DNA of 434 nucleotides from a phage, in sequence record MK163349.1, one strand, 5' to 3'. Of this stretch, positions 1 to 434 are shown piece by piece. A model generated the notes under the pieces. That model did no database searches, was not told the DNA's origin, and saw only the letters and a list, made by a program, of their open reading frames with translations. The translations under genes and the position numbers were made by a program. Numbering within the stretch: position 1 is the first letter of the stretch; every line of letters starts with the position of its first letter.

Positions 1-434
1 TCACGTAGTTGTTGACCGTGTATTCTTCAGCAAACTGGTTAAGCATCCTAAGATTCGTGACGCTTATCTTGCACAGCAGACTCCACTGGCTTGGCAACAG
101 ATTACTGGTTCTCTGAGAACTGGTGGTACTGACGGCGTTCAGGCTCATATGAACACTTTCTACTACGGTGGTGTTAAGTTTGTCCAGTACAACGGTAAGT
201 TCAAAGACAAGCGTGGTAAGGTTCACACTCTGGTGAGCATTGATAGTGTAGCAGCAACTGTTGGTGTAGGCCATGCTTTCCCTAACGTTTCTATGCTGGG
301 TGAAGCAAACAACATCTTCGAAGTGGCATATGGCCCATGTCCTAAGATGGGTTATGCAAATACACTTGGTCAGGAACTGTACGTATTCGAATACGAAAAA
401 GACCGTGACGAAGGTATTGACTTCGAAGCGCATT
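1..434 (+). CDS. Partial CDS (internal fragment, both ends outside window) of a protein of unassigned family; probably a highly expressed structural protein
   Basis: Seen in sequence: the frame beginning at base 2 is open for all 144 codons (2-433), while the other two + frames hit stops at once (TGA 13-15, TAG 6-8). Translation: HVVVDRVFFSKLVKHPKIRDAYLAQQTPLAWQQITGSLRTGGTDGVQAHMNTFYYGGVKFVQYNGKFKDKRGKVHTLVSIDSVAATVGVGHAFPNVSMLGEANNIFEVAYGPCPKMGYANTLGQELYVFEYEKDRDEGIDFEAH. Codon bias is strong: Gly 12 GGT/3 GGC/0 GGA/GGG; Arg 4 CGT/1 AGA; Phe 8 TTC/1 TTT; Asp 7 GAC/1 GAT; Asn 5 AAC/1 AAT; Thr 7 ACT/1 ACA; Glu 7 GAA/0 GAG; Gln 6 CAG/1 CAA; Lys 7 AAG/3 AAA; Leu 6 CTG/2 CTT. Inference: such bias indicates a real, highly translated gene. 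No start codon context or stop is present, so this is an internal fragment. Product is not assigned; I could not match it to a protein I can recall reliably. Confidence 0.88.

Noticed and set aside
12-17. TTGACC (12-17) and TTGAC (417-421) resembling a sigma70 -35 element
   Set aside because: No appropriately spaced TATAAT-like -10 element follows, and both sit within the coding frame (Val-Asp and Ile-Asp codons). They are chance hexamer matches.
119-136. Gly-rich stretch TGGTDG as a possible nucleotide-binding P-loop
   Set aside because: It does not fit the Walker A pattern GxxxxGK[ST], lacking the Lys-Ser/Thr. It is more likely a Gly-rich loop in a structural protein.
146-151. CATATG (NdeI) sites at 146-151 and 327-332, and internal ATG codons at 149-151, 293-295 and 347-349, as possible start sites or cloning junctions
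   Set aside because: All lie in frame within a continuous ORF with uniform codon bias on both sides and no upstream Shine-Dalgarno-like purine run. They are internal His-Met, Ala-Tyr-Gly and Met codons, not starts or vector junctions.
2-433. Antisense ORF open across the whole window, in register with the sense codons
   Set aside because: It is open only because the sense strand contains no TTA, CTA or TCA codons, a by-product of codon bias. Its translation is Cys/Thr-rich and low-complexity-looking, with unbiased codon usage, and the other two antisense frames contain stops. It is a shadow ORF.
1-434. First impression that the peptide is the major capsid protein gp23 of a T4-like phage
   Set aside because: The translation does not match the T4 gp23 sequence as I recall it, and the codon usage (AAG-preferring Lys, about 46% GC, CTG Leu) is not T4-like. 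I therefore do not assert this identity; only a homology search can name the family.
1-434. A novel multi-gene system (defence, toxin-antitoxin, CRISPR or similar) hinted at by the prompt
   Set aside because: The window lies entirely inside one continuous coding frame, with no gene boundaries, intergenic region, repeats or second ORF. Nothing in these 434 bp supports such a claim.

Overview
The whole 434-bp window appears to be an internal fragment of one protein-coding gene on the + strand (frame starting at base 2, 144 sense codons, no start or stop inside the window). Codon usage is strongly biased in the way highly expressed genes are, and the translated peptide is Gly/Val/Ala/aromatic-rich with beta-strand-like patterns, suggesting an abundant structural protein (virion, surface or secreted), but I cannot assign a family from memory. 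I see no RNA gene, CRISPR repeat, mobile-element end, promoter or terminator, and no evidence for a multi-gene system; a window this short lying inside one ORF cannot show one. Minor observations are a 14-bp perfect palindrome inside the CDS and a codon-usage pattern that does not look like E. coli or T4.
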